Part shown: one piece after another, positions 18,023-29,727 of the stretch
Layout: each line of letters opens with the position of its first letter
Position numbering within the stretch: position 1 is the stretch's first letter
Assembly: GCA_903951425.1 (NCBI GenBank)
Contig: CAJBBX010000083.1
Coordinates: forward strand, 48,286 to 112,285
Reading direction: 5' to 3'
Length of the DNA stretch: 64,000 nucleotides
DNA from: an uncultured Chthonomonas sp.
Lineage (GTDB): Bacteria > Armatimonadota > Chthonomonadetes > Chthonomonadales > CAJBBX01
Notes under the pieces: model-generated
The model's input: the letters and a program-made list of their open reading frames with translations, nothing else
What the model was told of the DNA's origin: nothing
Database searches by the model: none
Made by a program: the position numbers and the translations under genes

Positions 18023-20173
18023 CTACAGGGGCTTGCTGGTGATGAGCCCGATCCCCCGGCCCTTGTCGCCCACGGCGCAGTAGTAGAGGTACCAGACCCC
18101 GTTCGCCGGATTGCGGACCAGCGAGATCTTGTGCGCGTAGGTCCTGTCCAACCCGCTGGGGTTGCCGCCCGCCTTGTAGAGGGGCTCCGGATCGGCGGTC
18201 CAGTGGAGCAGGTCCCGCGAGTAGGCGGCCATGATGTGCGCGCCGCCCCGTCCCACGCCGAAGTAGAGCATGGTCCAGTGGTCGCCGTCGCGGAAGACCT
18301 TCGGGTCGGAGCAGAAGCCCTCGTCGTATCCTCCCGGCACATTGTGCAGAACCGGGTTTCCGGGCACGCGGCTCCAGTTCAGCAGGTCGCGCGACGCGGC
18401 GATGCCGGTCTGCTCCTGCCCGCCGTCGGCCGCGTTGTAGAAGCTGTAGAACCGTCCTCCGCTCTCCACCACCCAGGGCTGGTAGATGCAGTCCTTCTCC
18501 CAGACCCCGCAATCGGGCTCATGCACGCTCAGCGTGTAGCCCTCCTTGGCCCGGCGCCATGTGCGGCCGTCGTCGGAGCAGGCCACGCCGTTGTAGCCCG
18601 GCCGCAACTCGTAGCCCCCTTGCAGCGGGTAGGCGCCGTAGAGCGACCAGTACTTCCCGTCACGCTTCTTCAGCGTCCGCGGACCCGCCACATCGTAGGA
18701 GACGTAGAGGTAGGCGCCCAGCACGCAGCCGCCGTTGTCGAACTGCCCCTGCGGCCCGAAGCCCATGGCCAGGCGGTAGTCGGACCAGTGGATCAGATCA
18801 TCGCTCGCGGCGGTAAACGAGTTGTAGCCCTTTCCGTCGAACGCGATGAAGCTCATATACCATCGCGGGTCGCCGGGGATCTGGTAGATCGTCGGGCAGT
18901 CGGTGGACTTGAACTCCTCGTGCCCCGGCACCTTGGGCTCGGCGGGGATCACGTGGTCCGGGTGGTGGACCCATCCGCGGTAGGGCGCCGACCAGCGCCG
19001 CACGGTCTCGGGGTTGATGGGCGCCAGCGCCCGGAAGCCCTTGATGCGCTGGAAGGTGAGGTAGTTCGCGTCGTGCTGGTTGTGCGCGCCGCCCAGGCCG
19101 TCATCATACGCCGTGCGCGAGGCGACGATGATGTCGGAGCCCTCGAAGAGCCAGTCGACGTACTGGAAGCCGTGCGTCACCGCGTCGTCGTGCTGCAGCA
19201 CGATGGAGCGCACCTGCCACGCTCGGAGGTCCGGCGAGCAGATCAACGCCAGCGTGTTGCGCGTGCTGGCCGGCGGCCGGTTGCGGTTGCGGACCGGCAC
19301 ATAGTTGGCCAGCGACCAGTAGAGCTTCGTCCGGCCGTCCCAGCGGATGGTGAACTTCTTGGCGCCGCCGGGGAAGGCCGTGAAGCCGGCTTCTGGGTCG
19401 AAGGTGGCCGTCTTGCCGTCCGGGCTGATCTCGACCAGCGCGGCCTGCTCCTCGTGGTCGGGCGTCTGCACCCGCAGGATGTCGAGCATCCGGTCGTCCG
19501 GCGCCACCACGGCGTTGCCCTCCAGCCATCCGCCGAAGCGGCCGTTGAGCCACTTCGTGCTGCTCGCCAAGCGGTTGCTGCTGGTCCAGCTGGAGGCCTT
19601 GAGCAGGTTGGCCCCCTCCGGCGCGGACATCATGAAGGCCCGGAAGGTGGTGCCCCAGGTGCGGCCGCCGGTGTTGTCCTCCATGGCGCGCCAGAGGCGG
19701 CCCTTGTGGCGCAGAACGGGCATGGGCGCGCAGTGGTAGTTGCCCCCGGCGAAGAGGAGGCCCGTGTCGGCGTCGCGCGGCTCCGTCCAGGTGGCGCCGC
19801 CGTCGGTGGACCGCATGATGACCAGTAGGCCGTAGTGCCTGTCCGGCCCCATGAGGTAGGCGGCGCCCTGGTGCACGAAGATGCTGGCCCAGAAGAGCCC
19901 CTTGATGTCGGTGACGTGGCTCCACGTCTTGCCCCGATCGCGGGAGCGGAAGACCTGGGTGGTGGCCTTCTCGAACTCGCCGGAGTTCGGCCCGAAGAGG
20001 TCACTCTTCGCCAGGTAGTCGCCGTTGGGCAGGATGGCGATGCCCGGCGAGCCGACGTAGCGGCCCGTGGAGGCCGGCACATGGGTGATGATCGAGCCGG
20101 GCACGCGGGCATGGTCCGGTGGGGCTTGGCCTGCCGCGGCGGCCGCCGCCGCGATGACTGCGAGCATGTTCAT
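18023..20173 (-). CDS. Secreted two-domain glycosidase: BNR/Asp-box sialidase-like propeller plus five-bladed (GH32/43/130-like) propeller
   Basis: Asp-boxes SRDRGKTW and STDGGATW; second half SDDLIHW, SDDGRTW, SRDLLNW, CSDPKV. Confidence 0.75.
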   Translation of the reverse strand: MNMLAVIAAAAAAAGQAPPDHARVPGSIITHVPASTGRYVGSPGIAILPNGDYLAKSDLFGPNSGEFEKATTQVFRSRDRGKTWSHVTDIKGLFWASIFVHQGAAYLMGPDRHYGLLVIMRSTDGGATWTEPRDADTGLLFAGGNYHCAPMPVLRHKGRLWRAMEDNTGGRTWGTTFRAFMMSAPEGANLLKASSWTSSNRLASSTKWLNGRFGGWLEGNAVVAPDDRMLDILRVQTPDHEEQAALVEISPDGKTATFDPEAGFTAFPGGAKKFTIRWDGRTKLYWSLANYVPVRNRNRPPASTRNTLALICSPDLRAWQVRSIVLQHDDAVTHGFQYVDWLFEGSDIIVASRTAYDDGLGGAHNQHDANYLTFQRIKGFRALAPINPETVRRWSAPYRGWVHHPDHVIPAEPKVPGHEEFKSTDCPTIYQIPGDPRWYMSFIAFDGKGYNSFTAASDDLIHWSDYRLAMGFGPQGQFDNGGCVLGAYLYVSYDVAGPRTLKKRDGKYWSLYGAYPLQGGYELRPGYNGVACSDDGRTWRRAKEGYTLSVHEPDCGVWEKDCIYQPWVVESGGRFYSFYNAADGGQEQTGIAASRDLLNWSRVPGNPVLHNVPGGYDEGFCSDPKVFRDGDHWTMLYFGVGRGGAHIMAAYSRDLLHWTADPEPLYKAGGNPSGLDRTYAHKISLVRNPANGVWYLYYCAVGDKGRGIGLITSKPL

Positions 20174-20442
20174 ACCTACCGCCAGTGGAGTTGAGATACG
20201 CCTATGGTGGCACATCGGGCGGCACGGCAGGGCGGTGGAGCCGCCGGCGTACCGGGCCGTTGCCGTGTCGCGATCGATGGGGCATCGTGACGGTGCACAG
20301 AAACGGCCTTAAGGTCCTGTCCATCAGCTGGGATTGGTGAGATAATAGCAGCAGTGACGTCGTTCCGTCCGTTATGCTCTGTTCCGGCAGCCCCTTCGTA
20401 CCCGAGGGGTTGCCCTGCCGCCAAAGCACCTGAGGGACCTGC

Positions 20443-22195
20443 ATGGGCATCACTTCCGTGTCTGCCGAGCTTCTGCTACGCCTGTTCGGACCGATCGCGT
20501 TGGACGTTGACGGGTCGCCGGCCGCCACCCTTCGTTCGCGCTGCGCCGACCGTGTTCTGGGCTACCTGGTGGTCCAGGGCAGACCCGTTTCACGTTCGTT
20601 GGTGGCCGATACCATCTGGCCGAAGACGAGCAGTTCCGAGTCGCTTCGCCAGAGCATCAGCACGTTGCGCCGGGCGCTGGGCTCGCACGCCTGGCGGCTC
20701 GGATGCAACAACGGTACGTTGAGCTTCGATTCCGCGGGTGCCGACGTGGACCTGGCCGATTTCTACCGGCTATCGGCTGGCGACGATCTGGACGGCATGG
20801 TCAAGGCGCTGGAGATCAGCCGTAGCCCCCTGCTGGACGGCAGCGACGAGCCGTGGGTCCTCAAGGCTCGGTCCGACGTGCGCCGCCGACGGCAGGAGGT
20901 CGCACACCGCGCCGCCCACGCCGCGGCTGCAGCCGGACGGTGCGAACTGGCCCGCGACCTCTTGGCCCAACACATCAGCATGACCCCGGCGCTGGAGCAC
21001 GGCTGGCATGATCTGATGGCCATGTAGTGGAGGAGGGCGACCTCGCCGCGGCCATCGGTCTCTACAACAGGTACTGCGAGTACCGGAAGAGCCATGACGG
21101 CATCGGGCCGTCGCCGGCCATGGTGGAGCTCTTCGACCGGGCCCGCGCCGCGCCGGGCGGCAACGACGAGGCGTCCGCGCCCACGTGGCCCGAGGCCCCC
21201 ACGGTTGGCGGCGCCGTGCCGCTCACCTCGAACCTCTACATTGAGCGGCACGTTGATGCCGTCTTCGCCGAGGCGCTGGCCCGGCGCGAGAGCATCGTCA
21301 GGCTTCAGGGACCACGGCAGACGGGCAAGTCCTCCATCCTCGCCCGCGGCCTTCAGAAGGCTCGCGGGCTCGGCTCCGCCACCTTCGTCGTGGAGTTCGG
21401 CCGGCTGGCCGAGGCGGACCTGGCCTCCATGGACGCGCTCTGCCGCAGGCTTGCGGCCGTCATCGCGGCCCAGCACGAGGAAGAGGTGGACCCCACCGAG
21501 ACCTGGCTGGAGGCTCTCGGCGCCGGGCTGAACCTGGAGCGGTTCGTGCTGCGCCGCGTCGTCGCGCCCCGGACCGAGCCCGTCGTCATCGCCATCGATG
21601 ACGTGGACCGCCTGTTCGGCCGCCCCTTCGCCGACGAGTTCTTTGCCCTGCTGCGGTCGTGGCACGAGTTCCGTGCAAAGGACCCCGTCCGCCCCTGGGA
21701 TCGCCTCACGCTGGCGCTGGTTCTCGCCACCGACGCCCGCCTCTACCTGCGCAACCTCAATCACTCTCCGTTCAACGTGGGGCGTCGCGTGGCCGTTGAG
21801 GACCTGCGCCCCGCCGAGATCGACGAGATAGTGCGGTGCCATGGCGTTGACCTCGGCGGCAGTGAGGACCTGCGGCGATTCCATCAGATGGTCGGCGGAA
21901 GCGCCTACTTCGCGTGCCGGACGCTCCAGGCGATGGCGGAGCAGGGCTGGAGCGTGGAGGAGGTGTGCGCCCACGCCGGTCGCGACGACGGCCCGCTCGC
22001 GGGCCCGTTGCGCGACATCCACGCCAAGCTCGCCGGCGACGCCGAGCTGTCGGGCGCCGTACGGCGCGTCCTGGCCGGCCAGGGCTGCGGCGACGACGAG
22101 CTGTCGCGGCTCCGCTCCGGCGGCGTGCTGCTGGGCGAGCCCGAGAGCCCGCGCTTCCGCAACGCCGCCATACGCCGCTACCTGGAAGACCACCT

Positions 22196-22199
<4 letters not shown>
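20443..22199 (+). pseudogene. SARP/BTAD transcriptional regulator fused to an AAA_35-type NTPase, split by a 1-nt frameshift near 21025 (ORFs 20443-21027 and 21027-22199)
   Basis: LRLFGP...SLRQSISTLRRALG...VDLADF and GWHDLM continue in the shifted frame as EEGDLAAAIGLY...GIGPS (BTAD); then GGAVP, YIER, GPRQTGKSS, IDDVD, SPFNVG. Confidence 0.75.
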
Positions 22200-25759
<3,560 letters not shown>

Positions 25760-25803
25760 GCCGCAGCGACGCGGCCGGAAGCTCAGAGGGAGGTACGGAA
25801 ACC

Positions 25804-26043
25804 ATGCTCTACGTGACCGTGCGGGTGGTGGACCCGTCGGGTCGGCCCAAGGAGTACTCGCGCGTCTCTGTGAAGACGCCGGGCTTCCTCGGCGGATGGA
25901 TGGCGGAGGTGCGGACCGACGCCGATGGAGAGGCCGAGTTCGAGCTCAACATCGGCGCAAGCGATCGCATCGAGGTCTACGCCGACGGCCAGATTCTCTA
26001 CGAGGACTACCCGAAGTCCCGCATCACCGTCACCGTGCGCTGA
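25804..26043 (+). CDS. Small beta-rich hypothetical protein (prealbumin / carboxypeptidase-regulatory-like fold)
   Basis: Strong RBS GGGAGG; VRVVDPSGRP and TDADGEAEF motifs; host-like codon usage. Confidence 0.7.
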   Translation: MLYVTVRVVDPSGRPKEYSRVSVKTPGFLGGWMAEVRTDADGEAEFELNIGASDRIEVYADGQILYEDYPKSRITVTVR

Positions 26044-26065
26044 CAGGCAAGGCGGGCGCCCCCTT

Positions 26066-26881
26066 CTACCCCGGCTTCTGGTAGACCCGAACATAGTCGA
26101 CCTCGAACCGCGCCGGGAATGTGGTGGATGCCGGGTCGCCTCCGTTGGCGCCGCCGATGGCCAGGTTGAGGATGATGTGGTGCGGCCGGGTGAACGGGTT
26201 CGAGCCGTCTGGGTTCAGTGTCGTGGTGAGCAGCGTCTCGTTAAGCAGTTCGCCGTCGACGAAGAGGCGGATGGCCTCCGGCGTCCAGTCCATGCGCCAG
26301 ACGTGGAACCGATCGGACCAGCGCTTGTCCTTGAACTGGGCGATGGGCTTGCTGGCGGCGTCCCACTTCGCCACCCATCGCCGGTCGGTTCCCCACGCCA
26401 CGTTGGCCAGGAGCATGCCCCGGTAGTACTCCATGATGTCGATTTCGCCGCCGGCGGGCCACTCGCCCTGATCGCCCACGGTCCAGAAGGCGGGCCAGAG
26501 CCCCGCGCGCGTGTCGATGCGGGCGCGCGTCTCGAAGCGGCCATAGGTCCACGAGTGGAGCCCGGCGGTCTTCAGGCTGGCGGAGGTGTACTCGGCGAAC
26601 TCGCGTTTGGCCCGCCAGTCGGCCGCTCCGGGTTGGTAGCCGGGGTTCGGCTTCCGCTCTCGGCGCGCCTCGATGATGAGCCGGCCCCCCTCGCACCGGG
26701 CGTTGTCTGCCTGGTACCACTGCGCCTCCTCGTTGCGCACGAAGCCGGTCTCATAGGTCCACTTCGCAGGATCAGGCCGGCCGGCCCGGTTGAAGTCGTC
26801 GGACCAGACCAGCCGATACCCATCCGGCGCACCCCCGGCGCAAACAAGGCAGAGGGCCGCAAGGGCCACGCAGGTGAACAT
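26066..26881 (-). CDS. Glycoside hydrolase family 16 (laminarinase-like), secreted
   Basis: WSDDF, YTSASL, GLWPAFW, catalytic GEIDIME, NLAIGG, VDYVRVYQ. Confidence 0.93.
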   Translation of the reverse strand: MFTCVALAALCLVCAGGAPDGYRLVWSDDFNRAGRPDPAKWTYETGFVRNEEAQWYQADNARCEGGRLIIEARRERKPNPGYQPGAADWRAKREFAEYTSASLKTAGLHSWTYGRFETRARIDTRAGLWPAFWTVGDQGEWPAGGEIDIMEYYRGMLLANVAWGTDRRWVAKWDAASKPIAQFKDKRWSDRFHVWRMDWTPEAIRLFVDGELLNETLLTTTLNPDGSNPFTRPHHIILNLAIGGANGGDPASTTFPARFEVDYVRVYQKPG

Positions 26882-26959
26882 GGCAGGAACCTCCGGAAGG
26901 TCAGGTTTGGCTTTCGGTGGCCTTCGTTGTACCTGTCGCGGTGGAGGTGGAGCGCTAGG

Positions 26960-27065
26960 GGACCTATGCGACCCATGGGACGGATGCGACCGGGCCTGCG
27001 AGCCGCGCCGGGGTTGGAGCCTGCCTTCCCATGCGTCGTATAGGTCCAATCAGTCCCATTCATCG
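26960..27065. repeat. Inverted arrays of degenerate 9-bp repeats (SGACnnATG)
   Basis: GGACCTATG CGACCCATG GGACGGATG CGACCGGGC (26960-26995), a 34-bp spacer, then CATGCGTCG TATAGGTCC AATCAGTCC CATTCATCG (27030-27065). Confidence 0.65.
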
Positions 27066-27138
27066 CTCCTCCTGCCCGCAGCAGGAGCCCGCGCCTGCTG
27101 CGGCGAATCCTACGGCACTACGCGCTCTGGAGGGCAGC

Positions 27139-27975
27139 ATGAGACTGGGTGGACCCATCTTCGCACCGGCGGCCGACCCCGCCGCCTGGGTGGCGGCGCA
27201 CCGCGCCGAGGGCTATACCGCGGCTTTCTGCCCGCTGGGACCCGACGCCGACGATGCCGCCGTGGCCGCCTACGAGCGCGCGGCCAAGGAGGCCGGCATC
27301 GTCATCGCCGAGGTGGGCGCTTGGAGCAACCCCATGAGCCCCGACGAGGCGACGCGCAAGGCCGCCATCGAGAACTGCAAGCGGCAGCTGCACCTGGCCG
27401 ATCGCATCGGCGCGCGCTGCTGCGTCAACATCGCCGGCTCGCTGGGCGAGCAGTGGGACGGGCCGCACCCGGCCAACCTCACGCGGCCCGCCTTCGACCA
27501 GATCGTGCAGACCGTCCGCGGCATCATCGACGCGGTCCACCCGAGCCGCTCGTTCTACACCCTCGAGACGATGCCCTGGATGTACCCCGACTCGCCGGAG
27601 AGCTACGCCGACCTCATCAAGGCCATCGACCGCAAGGCCTTCGCGGTGCATCTGGACCCCGTGAACCTGGTCTGCAGCCCGCAGCGCTACTTCGGCAACG
27701 CGGACCTGCTCCGCACCTGCTTCAAGAAGCTGGGGCCGCACATCCGAAGCTGCCACGCCAAGGACATCATCCTCCGCAGCAACCTGACGACCCACCTGGA
27801 CGAGGTGGTGCCCGGCCAGGGGGGCCTCGACTACGGCGTATACCTAAAGGAGCTGAGCAAGCTGGCGCCGGACATCCCGCTGATGATGGAGCACATGGCC
27901 AAGCCCGAGGAGTACCGCGCCGCAGCCGCGCACATCCGTAAGGTGGCCGCCGGGAAGGGGCTGGGCGCGCTGTGA
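27139..27975 (+). CDS. Sugar phosphate isomerase/epimerase (xylose isomerase-like TIM barrel)
   Basis: LETMPW, HLDPVN, HAKD, MMEH metal-binding pattern. Confidence 0.88.
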   Translation: MRLGGPIFAPAADPAAWVAAHRAEGYTAAFCPLGPDADDAAVAAYERAAKEAGIVIAEVGAWSNPMSPDEATRKAAIENCKRQLHLADRIGARCCVNIAGSLGEQWDGPHPANLTRPAFDQIVQTVRGIIDAVHPSRSFYTLETMPWMYPDSPESYADLIKAIDRKAFAVHLDPVNLVCSPQRYFGNADLLRTCFKKLGPHIRSCHAKDIILRSNLTTHLDEVVPGQGGLDYGVYLKELSKLAPDIPLMMEHMAKPEEYRAAAAHIRKVAAGKGLGAL

Positions 27976-28961
27976 GCGCGGCGCTCCACTCGGTGGCCTT
28001 CACGGCGCACCGAACCGCCGAGATGATGACGCAGCCCGCCGATGAGGCGCCCCCCGGCCCCGGCGAGATTGCCGGACCCACCCTCGCGTCGCTGGTTAGC
28101 CCCGGCACGGAGCTGAACTGGGCCTATCTGGGCCAGGAGTTCCCCTCCTACCCCGGGTACGCCGCAGTCTTCCGCGTGGAGGAGGTGGGGCCGGATGTCT
28201 GCGGCTTCGACGTCGGCGACCGGGCTTTCTGCATGGGCCCGCACCGGAGCCGCCAGCGCACCGTCGCCCGCGACGCCGTCCGCGTGCCGCCGGACCTGGG
28301 CGCCGCGCCGGCCTCCCTCTGCCGCCTGATGAACGTCTCCATGAGCACCCTCACCACCACCACGGCGCGCCCGCCGCAGAGCGTGCTGGTGACGGGCCTG
28401 GGCATCGTGGGCCATCTGGCCGCGCAGGTTTTCGCCTCTTGCGGCTACCAGGTGCTGGCCGTGGACCCCGACGAGCCGCGCCGGGCCCTGGCCCGCGACA
28501 AGGGGCTGGAGGCGGTCTTCGCCCAGACGCCGCTGAAGGACACCGACCTGGCCGGCCGCGTGGCGCTGGCGTTGGAGTGCTCGGGCCACGAGGCCGCGGC
28601 CATCGACTGCTGCCGCATGGTGCGCCAACGCGGCGAGGTGGTGCTGGTGGGCGTGCCGTGGCGCCAGAACACCGAGCAGAGCGCCCATGAACTGCTCCAT
28701 GCGATCTTCCACCAGTACGCCGTGGTTCGCAGCGGATGGGAGTGGGAGGTGCCGCGCCACCCGGCGCCCTTCATGACCGGGAGCCTGCAGGGGAACATGG
28801 CGGCCGCCCTGCGCTGGATCGCCGCTGGGCGGGTCGACGTTTCGGGCCTCTATGAGACCGTCTCGCCGGCCGAGTGCGGCGCCGTCTACGAGGGCCTGCT
28901 GGACCGCAGTTGGCCGGCGCTCTCGGCCATCTACGACTGGGCCGCCCTGAGCGAGGAGTAA
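27972..28961 (+). CDS. Medium-chain (Zn-ADH superfamily) dehydrogenase
   Basis: SLVSPGTE, PGYAAV, Rossmann GLGIVG, ECSG; GTGA overlap with the upstream gene. Confidence 0.85.
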   Translation: MSAALHSVAFTAHRTAEMMTQPADEAPPGPGEIAGPTLASLVSPGTELNWAYLGQEFPSYPGYAAVFRVEEVGPDVCGFDVGDRAFCMGPHRSRQRTVARDAVRVPPDLGAAPASLCRLMNVSMSTLTTTTARPPQSVLVTGLGIVGHLAAQVFASCGYQVLAVDPDEPRRALARDKGLEAVFAQTPLKDTDLAGRVALALECSGHEAAAIDCCRMVRQRGEVVLVGVPWRQNTEQSAHELLHAIFHQYAVVRSGWEWEVPRHPAPFMTGSLQGNMAAALRWIAAGRVDVSGLYETVSPAECGAVYEGLLDRSWPALSAIYDWAALSEE

Positions 28962-28966
28962 CCCAC

Positions 28967-29704
28967 ATGAGCAAGACAGCCGTCGTCACCGGGGCCAGTA
29001 GCGGCATCGGCGAAGCCACCGCGCGGGCGCTGGCCGCCCAGGGCTACCACGTCATCGTCGCAGCGCGCCGCATGGATCGCCTGACGAAGCTGGCCGGCGA
29101 GATCGGCGGGACCGCCGTGGAGCTGGACGTCACCAGTCAGGCTTCGGTGGACGCGCTGGCCGCCGCGCTGCCCTCTGAACTCCAGGTATTGGTGAACAAC
29201 GCCGGCGGCGCGCTGGGCCTCGAGCCCATCGAGGCGGCCGACGAGGCCCACTGGGTGGGTATGTACGCCACCAACGTGCTGGGCCTCATGCGCATGACGC
29301 GTGCGCTGCTCCCGGCGCTCAAGGCCGGGCGAGGGCATATCGTCAACATCACCAGCATCGCTGGGCGCGAGGTCTACGTTAACGGCGCAGGCTACACGGC
29401 CGCCAAGCACGCTGCCGTGGCTGTCACCAAGACGCTCAGGCTTGAGCTGAACGGCCTGCCCGTCCGCGTGACCGACGTGGCGCCGGGGCTCGTGGAGACC
29501 GAGTTCGGCCTGGTGCGCTTCGACGGCGATGCCGACCGCGCCGCCGCGGCCTACAAGGGCATGACGCCGCTGGTGGCCGAAGACATCGCCGAGTGCGTGG
29601 CGTGGGCCGTGAGCCGGCCGTGGCACGTGAACATCGACGAGATCGTCGTGCGGCCCGTGGCCCAGGCCACCGTCAGCCTCGTGGCCCGCGACAAGGGCTT
29701 GTAG
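28967..29704 (+). CDS. SDR family NADP-dependent oxidoreductase (YdfG-like)
   Basis: TGASSGIG, NNAG, YTAAK, PGLVETEF. Confidence 0.93.
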   Translation: MSKTAVVTGASSGIGEATARALAAQGYHVIVAARRMDRLTKLAGEIGGTAVELDVTSQASVDALAAALPSELQVLVNNAGGALGLEPIEAADEAHWVGMYATNVLGLMRMTRALLPALKAGRGHIVNITSIAGREVYVNGAGYTAAKHAAVAVTKTLRLELNGLPVRVTDVAPGLVETEFGLVRFDGDADRAAAAYKGMTPLVAEDIAECVAWAVSRPWHVNIDEIVVRPVAQATVSLVARDKGL

Positions 29705-29727
29705 CGCGCGCCGAAGGGGGCGCTTCC

